This document shows, piece by piece, positions 15,501-24,895 of a DNA stretch of 64,000 bases; position 1 is the first letter of the stretch, and the number at the start of each line of letters is the position of its first letter. The position numbers and the translations under genes are program-made. Origin of the DNA: Blastocatellia bacterium (GTDB lineage Bacteria > Acidobacteriota > Blastocatellia > Pyrinomonadales > Pyrinomonadaceae); the NCBI GenBank assembly GCA_003168335.1, contig PMSM01000002.1:484899-548898 (forward strand). The letters run 5' to 3'. The notes below the pieces were generated by a model that saw only the letters and a list, made by a program, of their open reading frames with translations, was not told the origin of the DNA and did not search any database.

Positions 15501-18500
15501 CTAGAAGATGAACTTCGCCCCCAGTTGAATCGTGCGCGGGTCGCGCACGACGCTGACATTGCCGTACGTAGCAGACGTGACATTCACGATTATCGTCTGG
15601 AAGTTCGTGTGATTGAAAATGTTGAAGGCTTCCGCGCGAAGCTGCACCTGCAGCGATTCGCCAAAGCGAAAGTTCTTACTCATCGTGAAGTCAACACGCT
15701 GGGTTGGTGGGCCATTGATAACGCCACGACCTCCGTTGCCGATGACGTTGGTCACGCCGGTCGTAAGTACCGTGGGGTTGAGCTGGAAACAAGCGGTGTT
15801 GAAGTACTGCTGGAGCGTATGCGGTGCATTAGCGTTTGGATCGCACAGGACGTTCGGCCTCGCGCCGGCGACCAGGGCCGGGACGAATCCCAGGCCGGCC
15901 GCGTCGAAGGAGGAAGTTGCCGGCGTGAACGGTATGCCGCTGCGGTAGGCGAGGATGCCTGATGCTTGCCACCCGCCCAAAAGCTTGCCGGCAAACCCTT
16001 CCTGATTGCGGTAGAACGGCAGCTCATAGACGTAATTTATAGTCAGAACATGTCGCCGATCGAGTGTCGCCCTGCCATAGTCAGCCTTGTTGTTGTAAGA
16101 GTTCTGCGAAGCGGTCGAGCGATCCGTTTGATTGTCCGTCATGTTTCGCGACCACGTGTACGCGAGGCTGACCTGCGAAGAGCCGGTGAACCTCCGCTGC
16201 GCGCTCACCTGTAGGCTGTGATAATTCGAGTTGAACTGCGGCGTAATGATCGCAATCGATCGATAACCCCGGTACGGCCGGATTTGATCGAGGATCGCGG
16301 TGTTGGCGGTCGAAGTAAACGCAGCCCCGGGGTTCTGGCAGGGAATCGTTGGCGTAGTTGAAGCGCCCGCGGCGCAAAGCGTCGCCAGTGCCTTTCCCGC
16401 GGGAACTTCATTCAATTCGTAAGTGCCAATCAGATGTGTGCCCTTCGAACCGAAGTAGCCAGCGGTCACTACGGTCTTACCGTCTTTCCCGAACTGATGC
16501 TGCAGGTCCAGATTCCAATGCTGCATGTAGGGATCCTTCCACTCGGGTTGCACGGCCCGCACGCTCAGCGCGGTTAGCGCGGCTGCCGGACTGACAACAA
16601 TTCCGGTGGGAACGGGCAGATCAAGACGGGGTGTGGTTGCGGCCGTTCCCGATGGCAGAGCGCTCGCCGTAAATGTTTCCTGATAGGGCACGTTCTGACC
16701 AATATTCTGTTCGTACGTACCATTCAGAACTTGATCATAGTAAATGCCATAACCCATGCGAACCGACGAAGTGCCTTTGCCAAACGGATCCCAGGCAATG
16801 CCAAAACGCGGACCCAGATCGTTCTTGGGGGCCTTTACGACCTTATTCCCATAGGGCGAAATTGTTGGCGTACAGTTGTTCGGGCCAGTTTGATAGTTCT
16901 GCGCATTTACTGTAATGCCGTCGCAGAAATTGCCCGTACCAACCACGCGATTGCCGGCGCCCGTGACCAGCGGGGCCGTGGCGGGATTGAACAAGGCGGG
17001 ATCAAAATTTGACAGGCGGCCGTTTCTGTCCTCCGGCGAGCCGAAATATGAATAGCGCAGCCCATAGTAGACTGTGATATTGGGCCGTATCTTCCATTCA
17101 TCCTGGCCATAAAACTCGATGGTCTTCTGCCGCAAATCAGCCGTGTAATCAAAGTGCGCCTGAGTAAAAGTCACATTGCTTCCCATCAGGAAGTTTGCGA
17201 AATTCTGGAAGTTCGTACGGCGCGCAGAATTCGGCTCACCCACCGCAGCGTTTGGAGCCAGCACGCTGGTTTGCTGGGCGCTGTTGGCAGTCGTGTTGAG
17301 GAAACCGCTGAACGTGCCTTCGTTGCTTCCCGCCAGCGCGTTTTCGTTCTTGCGGTAGAGGGAATACTGCCCGCCGAATTTAAAAGCGTGCCGGCCTCTG
17401 GTCCAGGCAACGTCACTCGCGAAATTCGCTTTGTAGGAGAAGTTGTTGTAAGGGCCAAAGCTTTGCAACGCACTGAAGCCGTTTCCTGAGATAGTCGGAA
17501 CGCGATCGCGCGTGTTGGCATAAGCTAGGGGCGGCGTGATCGGTGAATTGGCTAACGCCAGGGTGCCAATGTTGCTGCTCAGAATCGCGCCGTAGCCATA
17601 AGTAAAGCGACCGACGATGACCAGATTTGAACTCGCGACATACGTTGACTGGAACGTGTGGGCTTTCCCTGGCGAATCAGTCGCCGTCGTGGAAACACCT
17701 GGCAATCCCGAGCCTGATGAAAATAATGAATTAACGTCCGTTGTCGGGATCTTGTCATGTTCATAGCGATAATACATCGACAACTTGTTGCTGAAGCTGT
17801 AGTCAAGCTTGAGAATCTCTTGGCGGAAATCCGCTTTACCCAGCGCGGGAAATAAAAGAGCGCGAGTGACCGGATCAGTGGGCAAAGGGAGCTGGTTGTA
17901 GATTGAATTTAGGTACTGTTGAGCGATCGGGTTGATCGCCACCTTAGACGATAACGGCTGGCCAGCCAGAAGGACGTTCGTGCACGGGACAGCTCCCGTC
18001 GTTAACGCGGTAAAGGCACTCACACAGACGTCCATTGGGAAAATTCCCTGGCGCATGTTCAGGTCAGGGACGGTTGAAGAGAGCGTGGGATAGCGAAGGT
18101 CGTGGCGCTGTTCTTCTGAAAAGAAGAAGAACGCTCGCTTGATTGTCTTGGTCGAAGCTCCACCCTCTGCAAGCCGCGGAAGGATGATAGGTCCGCCGAC
18201 GGTTCCACCAAAATTGTTGTACTTGAAGGGGGACCGGTTAGCTTTGCCGTTTGTGTCTCTGCCGAAAGCCGGGCTCGAGATAGTGTTTGATAAGAAATCG
18301 TTGGCGTTCAGTTTCTCACTCCGGTGGAATTCAAATATCGAGCCGTGAAAATGATCCCCTCCGGACTTTGTAACCACGTTGACTTGACCGCCGCCACTGC
18401 GTCCTGACTCCGCGAGGAACATTGACCGCAGGACAACAAACTCAGCAATCGAGTCCACGCTCGGATATGCCTGAATCGTGATGTTCGAGCCACGGTCGGT

Positions 18501-19130
18501 GATATCCGCACCATCGACGGTGTAAGTGTTTTGAGCGCTGCGCGCGCCGTTAACCGAGATATTAATCGTGTTGGCCTGACCGGTCGGATTGGTCGTTCCC
18601 ACATACACCTGATCGGACAGGTTGTCGGAGACGCCCGGGGCGAGCGTAACGAGCTGCACCCAGTTGCGATTGTTCAGCGAAAGCTCACGCGCCTGGTCGC
18701 CGCTGATAACGGTCGCGGCCGTCGGGGTTCTCAATTCAACCGCCAGGGGGTTTGCTTCAACTGTTACTACTTCGCTGATGTTACCCGGTTCGAGAGACAG
18801 CTCCAGGCCACGTTTTTGACCGACGTCCAGTTTAACCTTGGTTTCGATGTGCTTCTTGAAGTTCGGCGCTTCAACGGCTATGTCGTAAGAGCCGGACGGC
18901 AGGTCCGGGGCAGAGAAAGCGCCGCTGTCGTCGGTTGTCACCGTTCGAGCCACGACTTTCTTTTCAGCGTCAGTGATGGTCACGGTCGCACCGGCAACCG
19001 CGGCGCCGTTGGGATCTTTCACCCTCCCGTTGATCGAGCCGTTTATTTCCTGGGCCGAGGCGACGAAAACAAAACTAAAGAGAGCAAGTGCTGCAAACAC
19101 AACGCGCAGAAACTGATGGTGGTGTCTCAT
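15501..19130 (-). CDS. TonB-dependent outer-membrane receptor with N-terminal carboxypeptidase-regulatory-like domain (Oar-like)
   Basis: Signal peptide, GRVKDPNGAAVAGATVTITD (CarboxypepD_reg), a plug region and a very long beta-barrel ending in the aromatic C-terminal residue ...GAKFIF. AGAGGA precedes the ATG. Confidence 0.85.
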   Translation of the reverse strand: MRHHHQFLRVVFAALALFSFVFVASAQEINGSINGRVKDPNGAAVAGATVTITDAEKKVVARTVTTDDSGAFSAPDLPSGSYDIAVEAPNFKKHIETKVKLDVGQKRGLELSLEPGNISEVVTVEANPLAVELRTPTAATVISGDQARELSLNNRNWVQLVTLAPGVSDNLSDQVYVGTTNPTGQANTINISVNGARSAQNTYTVDGADITDRGSNITIQAYPSVDSIAEFVVLRSMFLAESGRSGGGQVNVVTKSGGDHFHGSIFEFHRSEKLNANDFLSNTISSPAFGRDTNGKANRSPFKYNNFGGTVGGPIILPRLAEGGASTKTIKRAFFFFSEEQRHDLRYPTLSSTVPDLNMRQGIFPMDVCVSAFTALTTGAVPCTNVLLAGQPLSSKVAINPIAQQYLNSIYNQLPLPTDPVTRALLFPALGKADFRQEILKLDYSFSNKLSMYYRYEHDKIPTTDVNSLFSSGSGLPGVSTTATDSPGKAHTFQSTYVASSNLVIVGRFTYGYGAILSSNIGTLALANSPITPPLAYANTRDRVPTISGNGFSALQSFGPYNNFSYKANFASDVAWTRGRHAFKFGGQYSLYRKNENALAGSNEGTFSGFLNTTANSAQQTSVLAPNAAVGEPNSARRTNFQNFANFLMGSNVTFTQAHFDYTADLRQKTIEFYGQDEWKIRPNITVYYGLRYSYFGSPEDRNGRLSNFDPALFNPATAPLVTGAGNRVVGTGNFCDGITVNAQNYQTGPNNCTPTISPYGNKVVKAPKNDLGPRFGIAWDPFGKGTSSVRMGYGIYYDQVLNGTYEQNIGQNVPYQETFTASALPSGTAATTPRLDLPVPTGIVVSPAAALTALSVRAVQPEWKDPYMQHWNLDLQHQFGKDGKTVVTAGYFGSKGTHLIGTYELNEVPAGKALATLCAAGASTTPTIPCQNPGAAFTSTANTAILDQIRPYRGYRSIAIITPQFNSNYHSLQVSAQRRFTGSSQVSLAYTWSRNMTDNQTDRSTASQNSYNNKADYGRATLDRRHVLTINYVYELPFYRNQEGFAGKLLGGWQASGILAYRSGIPFTPATSSFDAAGLGFVPALVAGARPNVLCDPNANAPHTLQQYFNTACFQLNPTVLTTGVTNVIGNGGRGVINGPPTQRVDFTMSKNFRFGESLQVQLRAEAFNIFNHTNFQTIIVNVTSATYGNVSVVRDPRTIQLGAKFIF

Positions 19131-19226
19131 GATTTTTCCTCTTTACTGGAAGACGATTTAGACCAACTGACCAACTGTTGGACCGTTGCCCAACGGCCTC
19201 GCCGAACATTTGCGGGAAGGCCGGTA

Positions 19227-19254
19227 ATTCTATTAGGCCGAGACTTACAATCAA
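19227..19254 (-). promoter_or_regulatory. Candidate promoter TTGATT-16 nt-TAGAAT for the TonB-dependent receptor gene
   Basis: On the minus strand, TTGATT is at 19254-19249, a 16-nt spacer follows, and TAGAAT is at 19232-19227. This would give a ~90-nt leader before ATG 19130. Confidence 0.35.
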
Positions 19255-19715
19255 AACTAAAAGAATTTATTAGACCGATAAACTGCCTTGATAGGCGGGG
19301 GGCATCATACTCTTTCAGAATCAAGCCTGCCAGATTTTTCAGAATAATGGATGCTTCCTTCAGATTTTCGGACGAGCAGTCCCCGGAAAAACCGATTGGC
19401 GACTCGAATCGATGCCCTTGATCCTTACTCTGCAAAGGAAATACTTGCATGATGCAGTGATCTTCTCTTACCGCCAGCTCGAAAAGCTATCGCGCGCGCG
19501 CTGGATACATTATCGTAGGCAAATGCTGTGCTCACTAAACACAGTCGTGTGAGGGAGGCGAAAACAAACGACATCGTCTTCCTGATCGCGGTCATGCAAC
19601 AACCAGTAAGCTCGGCTCGGCTCGAAGCTACTTGTTCAGAGAGACGGAAGACTAAACTTAAACGGACGGTTTCGAATCGGACGCGAACTGTGACTGGAGC
19701 CGGCGGGCGCAAGCT

Positions 19716-20402
19716 TTAGCCGCAAACATACGCCTCATGAACGCCGCTCAAGAAATCCCAAAGAGATTTCGCTCCTTGTTGAGCAGCTGCGACTGTCTCG
19801 TCGCGAGCCTGATCGGTGTCGCATGCGTCAGTCATGATTTTCATCTCGATCTGACGGTGGACTTGATCCGCTGACTCGTGGACGGTAAAGAATGACACGG
19901 TCCTGGCATCGTCTATTCCGTAATACTGTTTCAAACCAACTCGTTTCGTCTTAGCCACCTCTGGAATTTGAGACTCGTAGGCATAGAGGACTGCCACCCC
20001 AAGCCGATAATCAGTGTTCGCGGTCAGTGACTTGAGACTGTTCACAGATTCCCTGGTCGAGGGTAGTAGCTCTGCGGTTCTGACCTGGGCCCGACTCACT
20101 CCGAGGCCTTCGGCAAAACGCAGCCACAACTCCGGGTGATTGTCTTCTCCGCGTTCTTCTTCGATCAGGTTCTCGAGGAGTAGCTGTCTAACCGGCAGAT
20201 TATCACAACGGGAGTGTACGGCACTTACATAAGTCGGAAAGGCGCAAACGTGCGCATAGTATTGCTTGGCGTACTCAGCCAGCGTGGTGTCGCTGAGCTT
20301 TCCTTCGTTCCAGAGCTGATAAAAAGGATGCCTCAACATTGCATACTGGCCAATCGCCTCGTCGATTCTTTGCGGCAACAACTGCTGTCGTGTCATGTTC
20401 AC
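19716..20402 (-). CDS. CADD/PqqC-like heme-oxygenase-like diiron protein (putative pABA/folate-related)
   Basis: HPFYQLWNEGKLS..LAEYAKQYYAHVCAFPTYVSAV...LLENLIEEERGEDNHPELWLRFAEGLG matches the CADD family core. By eye the gene is more AT-rich than its neighbours. Confidence 0.75.
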   Translation of the reverse strand: MNMTRQQLLPQRIDEAIGQYAMLRHPFYQLWNEGKLSDTTLAEYAKQYYAHVCAFPTYVSAVHSRCDNLPVRQLLLENLIEEERGEDNHPELWLRFAEGLGVSRAQVRTAELLPSTRESVNSLKSLTANTDYRLGVAVLYAYESQIPEVAKTKRVGLKQYYGIDDARTVSFFTVHESADQVHRQIEMKIMTDACDTDQARDETVAAAQQGAKSLWDFLSGVHEAYVCG

Positions 20403-20492
20403 CCTCCTGATGAGATAAGTCCGATGTTCGAGTGGCGAGATTATAGAACACTCTCGCCGCTTCGTTACTGAATTTCTTTTGAGGTCTGCGCC

Positions 20493-22955
20493 CTATTCGT
20501 AAAGCAAATATTTCCTGCGGGTCCGGTTAAAGCTTTCCAGCGCTGTAGCCCACGAACGAACAACGTCAGCGGCGGGCTCTCCGCGCCGCAAACGCTCGAG
20601 CGTGTCCGCGTTAACCAGCAGGCGCGAATAATTGTCGATCTTCCAGTCGGCGGGAAATAAACTGTGCAACGCCACCGCGATCTCGACGCCGGTGAGCACA
20701 GATTGGAACTGCGAGCGATTGGTTATCAACAGGTTTATGCCACCGCACTCTTCGTTCTTGAAGACCGACGACCTGGGTGTGAAGCGAACGGCAATGAAGC
20801 GCACGCCGGCAATTCTGCGGGCATTCAAATAGCTCGCCAGCTTCTGCCCATCCAACCAGGGCGCGCCCATCACTTCGAAGGGCGTGTCCGTTCCGCGGCC
20901 CACGGAAAGGTTGGTCGTTTCCAGTAAGCCAACGCCCGGATACAGCGCGGCTTCCGTCAGGCTGCGCATGTTGGGTGAAGGATTGATCCAGACGAGACCC
21001 GTCGCGTCGAACCACATCGATCGCTGCCAACCTTCCATCTTGATAACGCGTAAATCCGCGCCGATGTGGCGCTCGTCATTATAGAGTCGTGCCAATTCGC
21101 CAATCGTCAATCCATGCCGAACCGGCAACGTGTGGTAAGCAGTGAAAGAAAGTTTATCTGCGTCGGCAATTGGCCCTTCGACATCGTTGCCGTTAATCGG
21201 ATTGGGACGGTCGAGCACAAATACCGGTAGCCTGGCTTTGCCAGCTTCTTCCATCACGTAGCCCAGGGTCGCGATGTAGGTGTAGAAACGCACGCCGACG
21301 TCCTGAATGTCGTAAACCAGCGCGTCGAGGTCTTTCAACTGGTCGGCTTTTGGGCGGCGCGATTCGCCATAAAGTGAATAGATCGGCAACCCGGTCTGTT
21401 CGTCTTTCGTGTCTGAAACTTTCTCGTCCGCGAGTCCACGAATGCCGTGCTCAGGTGAAAAGAGCGCCGACAATTTGACGCCCGGCGCTTTGAAAAGAAT
21501 GTCGATAGTCGATCGGCCGGCACGATCCCGTCCCGTCTGATTGGTGACCAAACCAATTCGCAAACCCGCAAGCTGTTTGAAGCCATCGCGCTCGAGCACA
21601 TCGATCCCGGTCAACACTTGTGCGTCGGCAACGGGACCAGGGTTAACGATTGTTCGCGCGCTGTTTGAATTCAGGCGAGCAAGACTCGCGAGCACTTCCG
21701 CCGCTGCGCCTGCCGATTCTTCGCGGGCTTTCGTTACCGTAGTGTCGGTGATTGAACTCGCAACGATCGACGCCACTCGTCCGCGCAACGGCCCTACATC
21801 TCCCTTGCCATCCGGATGCACGCGATTACTCAGAACGATCACGAACGAATCGCTCGCCGGATCGATCCACATCGATGTCCCGGTGAAGCCGGTGTGGCCA
21901 AACGAACCGAGCGGGAACAGATCCCCTTTGTTGGTCGAGAAGCTGGTCGCTATGTCCCAGCCCAATCCACGCGCCGATCCGTTTTCGGCAATTGCCCGGG
22001 GTCGCGTCATCGTCGCTACTCCCATCGGACTGAGAATTCGCACGCCGTTGTAAATGCCTCCGTTCAAAATCATCTGGCAAAAGATCGCCAGATCATTGGC
22101 CGTAGAGAACAAACCAGCGTGCCCCGCGACTCCGTTCATGCGAAACGAAGTGGGGTCGTGCACCTGTCCGCGCAACCACTGCTCGCCTTGCGGTCCGGCG
22201 TTCTCACCACTGTCACCGAGATAGTTCATCTGGCCGCGCCGTTTCTCGGTCGGTGCGATTCGGGATCTCAGTCCAGCGTCTGGGTTAAAGCCGGTATCGC
22301 GCATTCCCAGCGGCCCAAAAATATTTTCCCGCGCGAACTGATCAAGCGTCTGTCCGCTTACTCGATGCACTACTTCGCCCAAAGCGATGTAGTTGATGTC
22401 ACTGTAGACAAAGCGCGCACCCGGTTGATTGCGCAGGGGTTCGCGATACAGCCTCTTGATCGCTTCGTCGTACCCCGTCCAGCGCTCTCGCAAATCGAAA
22501 TCAGGAGCAAACCCGGCCGTATGGGTCAGCAGTTGCTCGATCGTGATCGCATCTCGGCCTCCGCCCTTCATTTCGGGTATGAACGTGACCACCGGATCGC
22601 TCAGACGCACTTTGCCCTGCTCGATTAGAATCATGATGCTGGTTGTCGTGGCAACTATCTTGGTCAGACTGGCGAGGTCGAAAATCGTGTCCGCCGTCAT
22701 CGCTTCGCGCTGCGGTTCGACCGCGCGTGAACCGTAAGCTTTGCGCCAGGCGATGCGGCCGTGGCGGGCGACCAGCACCACCGCGCCGGGCAATTCTTTC
22801 TTTTCGATTGCAGCCTGGACGACCTGATCCATACGGGCCAGGCGTTCGGCGGACATGCCGACAGCGGCGGGCGCGGTTTGCGGCAGTTGCGCTGCGATGG
22901 TTTGCGCCAGCAGAACTACCAGCGCGATGGAAAGCCTGATATGCTGGGCCATCAT
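20493..22955 (-). CDS. Secreted fusion: beta-lactamase-fold serine hydrolase (AmiE/PBP4*-like) + DUF1343 exo-beta-N-acetylmuramidase (NamZ-like)
   Basis: Signal peptide. The N-domain has SLTK (FDLASLTKIVATT), YSDINY and HTGFTG. The C-domain has LVTNQTGRDRAGRSTIDILF...LFSPEHGIRG...VYDIQDVGVRFYTY, typical of DUF1343. The start overlaps the nagZ stop (ATGATGA). Confidence 0.8.
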   Translation of the reverse strand: MMAQHIRLSIALVVLLAQTIAAQLPQTAPAAVGMSAERLARMDQVVQAAIEKKELPGAVVLVARHGRIAWRKAYGSRAVEPQREAMTADTIFDLASLTKIVATTTSIMILIEQGKVRLSDPVVTFIPEMKGGGRDAITIEQLLTHTAGFAPDFDLRERWTGYDEAIKRLYREPLRNQPGARFVYSDINYIALGEVVHRVSGQTLDQFARENIFGPLGMRDTGFNPDAGLRSRIAPTEKRRGQMNYLGDSGENAGPQGEQWLRGQVHDPTSFRMNGVAGHAGLFSTANDLAIFCQMILNGGIYNGVRILSPMGVATMTRPRAIAENGSARGLGWDIATSFSTNKGDLFPLGSFGHTGFTGTSMWIDPASDSFVIVLSNRVHPDGKGDVGPLRGRVASIVASSITDTTVTKAREESAGAAAEVLASLARLNSNSARTIVNPGPVADAQVLTGIDVLERDGFKQLAGLRIGLVTNQTGRDRAGRSTIDILFKAPGVKLSALFSPEHGIRGLADEKVSDTKDEQTGLPIYSLYGESRRPKADQLKDLDALVYDIQDVGVRFYTYIATLGYVMEEAGKARLPVFVLDRPNPINGNDVEGPIADADKLSFTAYHTLPVRHGLTIGELARLYNDERHIGADLRVIKMEGWQRSMWFDATGLVWINPSPNMRSLTEAALYPGVGLLETTNLSVGRGTDTPFEVMGAPWLDGQKLASYLNARRIAGVRFIAVRFTPRSSVFKNEECGGINLLITNRSQFQSVLTGVEIAVALHSLFPADWKIDNYSRLLVNADTLERLRRGEPAADVVRSWATALESFNRTRRKYLLYE

Positions 22956-24871
22956 TTTTTGGGGCGCGCTTTCAGTTGGATTCCGGTGCCGCGAGGATAC
23001 AGACCCGGCAGCGAAATCGGCAAGTGGCCAGTGACATCGATTTGTCCCAGCAGCGCTTCGGCACTCGCTTCCTGCAGGCTCTGCATGTCGCCATACGCGA
23101 CGAGATATGTTTGTAGTTTGGGAAAACTGCCCAGCAGATAGGGATTGCCAAAGCTGATTCCGACTATCGGCGTCTGGCGATCAATTAAGGTCGCCAACAC
23201 CTTTGCGCCGGGTTCGGGCAGAGCGACACTGCGGGCCTGACCGGTACGCACACGGCCATACAGGGAAGCAATCACCAGATCCGCGCGGCCGGCCAGGTCG
23301 AGGGCTTTTTTCACCTCCGCCTCGGACGAGCGATCGTCGAGGACGATCGTTACTACTTTTCGCCCTGAGCGGGCCAGGGTAGACACGAAAGGCTGAGTAA
23401 TAAATGAGCGGTCGTCACCGTTGGTGATGGCGAGGTTGAAAACGGTTGCCGTCGGCGGAAGGTTCAGTGGCAGCAGTGCGGCGTCGTTGCGAACCAGAGT
23501 GATGGCATGCGCGGCGATCTCATCAGCCAGTTCCAAAGTCTCCTTGCCTCCCACAATTCGATCTATCTCATCCAATGGCGTGATGCGTTGCTCGATCAAT
23601 CCCAGATCGTATTTCGCAGCCAGGACTTTTCGCGCGGACTCTTCGATGCGCTTCTCAGTTAGCCTGCCTTTCTTGACCGCATCGCGCACGCCGCGAAAGG
23701 CTGCATCCGTATCGGCAGGCTTCAAAAGTAAATCCGCGCCCGCCTCCAGCGCGCGGATCGATGCCTCTTCCTGAGTAAAGTAGAGCGTAAGGCCGCTCAT
23801 GCTCATCGCGTCGGTCACGATCAGTCCGTCGAAGCCTAGTTCGTTACGCAGAATCTTGTTCATGACCGGTGAGAGTGTGGTTGGCATCGTTCCTTTCTCA
23901 GACACAATTTCCCCGGCCTCGTCAGTCTCAATCGGTCCCAGCTTCACATCCCGAGGCAGTGGTGTGATGGCCGTCGGATCGATCAACGGCAAGCCGATAT
24001 GACCATCCATGACCGCGCCAACGCCGGCGTTGACCGCGGCGCGGAAGGGGACCAGTTCGACTGAGTTCAAGCGCTCGCGGGTGACATCAATCTCCGGCAG
24101 GCCGCGATGCGAATCGGTCGCCGTGTCACCGTGTCCGGGAAAATGTTTGGCCGTGGCAATCACTCCGCCGCGTTGCGCGCCCAAGACGAAGGCTGCGACC
24201 AGTTTGGCTACTTCCGCGGGATCCTCGCCATACGAACGCACGTTGATGACCGGATTGGCGGCGTTGTTGTTTACGTCGGCGACCGGGGCGTAAATCTGCT
24301 GCACGCCCAGCGCTCGTGCTTCGCGCGCGGTCAATTCGCCCTGCCGTCGCGCGTAATCCGGATTAGCCGTGGCGCCGACGGCCATGTTCCAGGGGAAGTT
24401 CACCGTATCGTCAAAGCGCATGCCCGCGCCCGCTTCCAGGTCTGAAGAAATCAGCAAAGGGATCTTTGCGAGTTGCTGCATCCGATTGACCAGCATTACG
24501 GACTCGTAAACCGGTCCTCGAAACAGGACGATCCCCCCGACATGGTTGTCCATCACTTGATGGCGGAGATCCTTGAATGCTTCACTGTTCTGATTCAAGA
24601 ACGTTGCGTTGAGACCGACCGCAATCAGTTGGCCAATCTTCTCTTCGATCGACATGCGCTTGAGTTCTTTGTCGGCCCACTTAAGTGCAGCTGAAGACGG
24701 TTTTCGAGAGTACGGCTTGAATGAGTTTTCGCGCAGCGGGGCGTTTAAAAACGCCAGCCGTGGCTCGATGCGAGGTGTCATGCTCCGCGCCATCAGCGGC
24801 GACGTTTGAATAATCAGCACCGCCAGCATCAAGGGCGTGGTGAGTCGACGAATCGTTCCAGTGGTTATCAT
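22952..24871 (-). CDS. nagZ: Secreted two-domain GH3 beta-N-acetylglucosaminidase
   Basis: Signal peptide, GH3 motifs KHFPGHGDTATDSH and VTDAMSM, plus a C-terminal alpha/beta-sandwich domain. At 639 aa it is similar in size and architecture to Bacillus NagZ/YbbD. Confidence 0.85.
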   Translation of the reverse strand: MITTGTIRRLTTPLMLAVLIIQTSPLMARSMTPRIEPRLAFLNAPLRENSFKPYSRKPSSAALKWADKELKRMSIEEKIGQLIAVGLNATFLNQNSEAFKDLRHQVMDNHVGGIVLFRGPVYESVMLVNRMQQLAKIPLLISSDLEAGAGMRFDDTVNFPWNMAVGATANPDYARRQGELTAREARALGVQQIYAPVADVNNNAANPVINVRSYGEDPAEVAKLVAAFVLGAQRGGVIATAKHFPGHGDTATDSHRGLPEIDVTRERLNSVELVPFRAAVNAGVGAVMDGHIGLPLIDPTAITPLPRDVKLGPIETDEAGEIVSEKGTMPTTLSPVMNKILRNELGFDGLIVTDAMSMSGLTLYFTQEEASIRALEAGADLLLKPADTDAAFRGVRDAVKKGRLTEKRIEESARKVLAAKYDLGLIEQRITPLDEIDRIVGGKETLELADEIAAHAITLVRNDAALLPLNLPPTATVFNLAITNGDDRSFITQPFVSTLARSGRKVVTIVLDDRSSEAEVKKALDLAGRADLVIASLYGRVRTGQARSVALPEPGAKVLATLIDRQTPIVGISFGNPYLLGSFPKLQTYLVAYGDMQSLQEASAEALLGQIDVTGHLPISLPGLYPRGTGIQLKARPKK

Positions 24872-24895
24872 GTGTCTCCGAATGAATTTCCCAGA

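Noticed and set aside
18531-19421. 296-aa plus-strand ORF
   Set aside because: It lies antisense to the 5' part of the TonB-dependent receptor gene and runs into the AT-rich spacer. It is rich in Arg, Gly and Val, as expected for a shadow frame of a GC-rich gene. It has no motif and no ribosome-binding site.
19127-19450. 107-aa minus-strand ORF whose stop overlaps the receptor start (ATGA)
   Set aside because: The ATGA overlap looked like translational coupling. However, the ORF lies in the AT-rich spacer, spans the candidate promoter and the direct repeats, and has no motif or convincing ribosome-binding site. I treated the region as regulatory rather than coding. Ribosome profiling could revive it.
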